The notes beneath the pieces are model-generated. The model searched no databases. It had not been told where the DNA came from and saw nothing but the letters and a program-made list of their open reading frames with translations. A stretch of 64,000 bases of DNA from Chloroflexota bacterium (GTDB lineage: Bacteria; Chloroflexota; Dehalococcoidia; GIF9; UBA5629), in contig VGOO01000002.1 of NCBI GenBank assembly GCA_016875925.1, positions 4,431 to 68,430 of the forward strand. Direction: 5' to 3'. Below are positions 62,412 to 64,000 of the stretch, piece after piece. Each line of letters starts with the position of its first letter. Position 1 is the stretch's first letter. Position numbers and translations under genes: made by a program.

Positions 62412-63116
62412 ATGAAGCCCAGCATAAAGCTAGACGGTGTCTCCAAAATCTACACCATGGGGGAAATCGATGTGGTGGCACTCAATAACGTTTCCTTCGA
62501 AATCTCTCCTGGTGAATTTCTGGTGCTCCTGGGCCCGAGCGGGTCGGGCAAGACCACACTGCTCAACTTGATAGGCGGGTTGGATAAACCAAGCTCCGGG
62601 CTGATTGAGGTCAATGGCTTTAAGGTCTCCAGGATGAATAGGAGCCAGTTGACGCACTACCGTCGAACACAGGTAGGGTTTATTTTCCAGACTTTTAACT
62701 TGATTCCTACGCTAACAGCCAAGGAGAACGTTGAATTTGCTGCCGATTTGGTGACGAATCACCCCTCTGCAGAACAGCTTATGGAGAGCGTCGGTCTGGG
62801 GCACAGGTTAAACCACTTTCCCAGCGAACTATCCGGTGGCGAGAACCAGCGTGTGGCTATTGCGCGAGCACTTGCCACCGACCCTGCGATAATGCTTTGT
62901 GATGAGCCTACAGGCAGCCTGGATTTCGAGACAGGCAAGCGGATTTTCAAGCTTCTTCGGGAGCTAAACAAAACACAGCAAAAGACTGTGGTGGTGGTGA
63001 CGCATAATGCGACTGTAGGTGAGATAGCAGACCGTGTGCTGAAGATGCGGGATGGGCGTATTGCCAAGACTATTATCAATGAGCATCCCCTTGACCCGGA
63101 TAAACTGGAATGGTAG
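62412..63116 (+). CDS. ABC transporter ATP-binding protein (MacB/LolD/FtsE-like)
   Basis: GPSGSGKTTLLN, LSGGENQRVAIARAL and MLCDEPTGSLD. Confidence 0.95.
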   Translation: MKPSIKLDGVSKIYTMGEIDVVALNNVSFEISPGEFLVLLGPSGSGKTTLLNLIGGLDKPSSGLIEVNGFKVSRMNRSQLTHYRRTQVGFIFQTFNLIPTLTAKENVEFAADLVTNHPSAEQLMESVGLGHRLNHFPSELSGGENQRVAIARALATDPAIMLCDEPTGSLDFETGKRIFKLLRELNKTQQKTVVVVTHNATVGEIADRVLKMRDGRIAKTIINEHPLDPDKLEW

Positions 63117-64000
63117 CTGTGCCAAAGCTGCACCTAAAGCTCCTGCGCGATATCAAGTCGGCAAAAATACAATATGGGGCTGTAGCCTTCATCATTTTTC
63201 TTGGCATTACTATATTCATTTGTGGCTACGAGGCATACCTGAACCTCGATATCTCCTACAACTCATATTTTGACCGACTCAATATGGGAGATTACTGGAT
63301 ATCCGTTGACGAGATAGATAACAGGGCAGTGCGGCAGTTGAACGAGATTCCAGGGGTGGCAGCGATTGGTCGGATTAGAGGCGATGTGAATGTGGACATG
63401 GGAGGGGAAACTGGTGAGAAGGTGGCAGGGCATGTGATTTCGCTGCCATCGCTTCATTTGCCCGATGTGAATTTGGTGCAAATAGAATCGGGTGGATACT
63501 TTAGCCCTGAATTCGGACGAGAAATCCTGGTTGAGAACCATTTTGCCGATTACCACAAGATACAGCCTGGCGATTGGCTTACTCTGGAATATCAGGGAGT
63601 GAAGGCCAAGTTCCGGGTCATGGGCATAGTGGTCAGCCCCGAATATCTCTGGGTGACCAAGAGTGCCCAGGATGCTATGCCTTCCCCGCGTACCTTTGGG
63701 GTCTTTTTTATGCCAGAATCCACCGCCGAGCAAATCTTCGGTATGGATGGCAAGAGTAGTGAGCTTGTTCTCAGGGTGGCACCGGGAGTAGACAGAGGAA
63801 AAGTGCTGGACAGGGTAAAGGGGATTCTGCGGCGGCACGACATCGGGCGGATAACCTCGAAGGATGACCCTGTCAAAGTACGTGCCAGGGAAATTGATAT
63901 TATAAGAGGTGTACGCACTGCCTATATGACGGCGCGGAAGGACCTGCCCAGCGTTCAGCTCTTAAGACAGGACCTGGAGGGTTTTGCCATGCTCGCCTTC
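63110..64000 (+). CDS. FtsX-like ABC permease (MacB-type large periplasmic loop), 3' end runs off the window
   Basis: Hand translation from ATG 63110 (ATGGTAG overlap with the ATPase stop) gives MVAVPKLHLKLLRDIKSAKIQYGAVAFIIFLGITIF..GDYWISVDE..VSPEYLWV... The frame stays open to 64000. It is absent from the ORF track because no stop lies in the window. Confidence 0.85.
   Translation, partial: MVAVPKLHLKLLRDIKSAKIQYGAVAFIIFLGITIFICGYEAYLNLDISYNSYFDRLNMGDYWISVDEIDNRAVRQLNEIPGVAAIGRIRGDVNVDMGGETGEKVAGHVISLPSLHLPDVNLVQIESGGYFSPEFGREILVENHFADYHKIQPGDWLTLEYQGVKAKFRVMGIVVSPEYLWVTKSAQDAMPSPRTFGVFFMPESTAEQIFGMDGKSSELVLRVAPGVDRGKVLDRVKGILRRHDIGRITSKDDPVKVRAREIDIIRGVRTAYMTARKDLPSVQLLRQDLEGFAMLAF

Noticed and set aside
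63263-63838. 191-aa minus-strand ORF
   Set aside because: It is antisense to the FtsX-like permease that runs off the right edge.

Overview
64-kb chromosomal window with about 60 protein-coding genes and one tRNA-Ser(UGA). I saw no rRNA, CRISPR array, transposase, integrase or phage genes. The gene content includes a tungsten-type aldehyde:ferredoxin oxidoreductase, MetV/MetF, NuoE/NuoF/FdhA-like Fe-S flavoprotein genes, TldD/PmbA, many lipoproteins and many zinc-ribbon proteins. This suggests an anaerobic, possibly Chloroflexota/Dehalococcoidia-like organism, but that is inference from protein flavour only. Positions 1-13.5 kb look accessory: a zinc-ribbon/cyclase/STAND/TPR gene that the ORF track missed, higBA, an MFS transporter, AOR+MoaD, an aldolase and an amidohydrolase. 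This part is full of unusual intergenic repeats, namely period-7 heptamer arrays and two hairpin repeat families. From 13.6 kb onward the genes are mostly housekeeping: pabCAB, sucCD, ftsK, serS, lysS, greA, speH/speE, tldD/pmbA, folC and pyrF. Five interesting blocks interrupt this part. (1) A 275-bp duplication of the ftsK 3' end brackets an acyl-CoA dehydrogenase gene. (2) A tandem array of three paralogous membrane proteins carries FN3-like and TlpA-like thioredoxin domains (two with N-terminal zinc ribbons), plus a small zinc-ribbon gene. (3) A secreted protein has 22 cysteines. (4) A tight tldD-pmbA-PAC2-HEAT-GNAT operon. (5) A tightly packed cluster encodes an FdhA-like protein (catalytic Sec/Cys-His missing), NuoE-like, a NuoF-GltD fusion, MetV and MetF. 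I consider block (5) the best candidate for an undescribed methylene-THF reductase complex. Both window edges cut genes that the ORF track omits (1-2605 minus strand, 63110-64000 plus strand).
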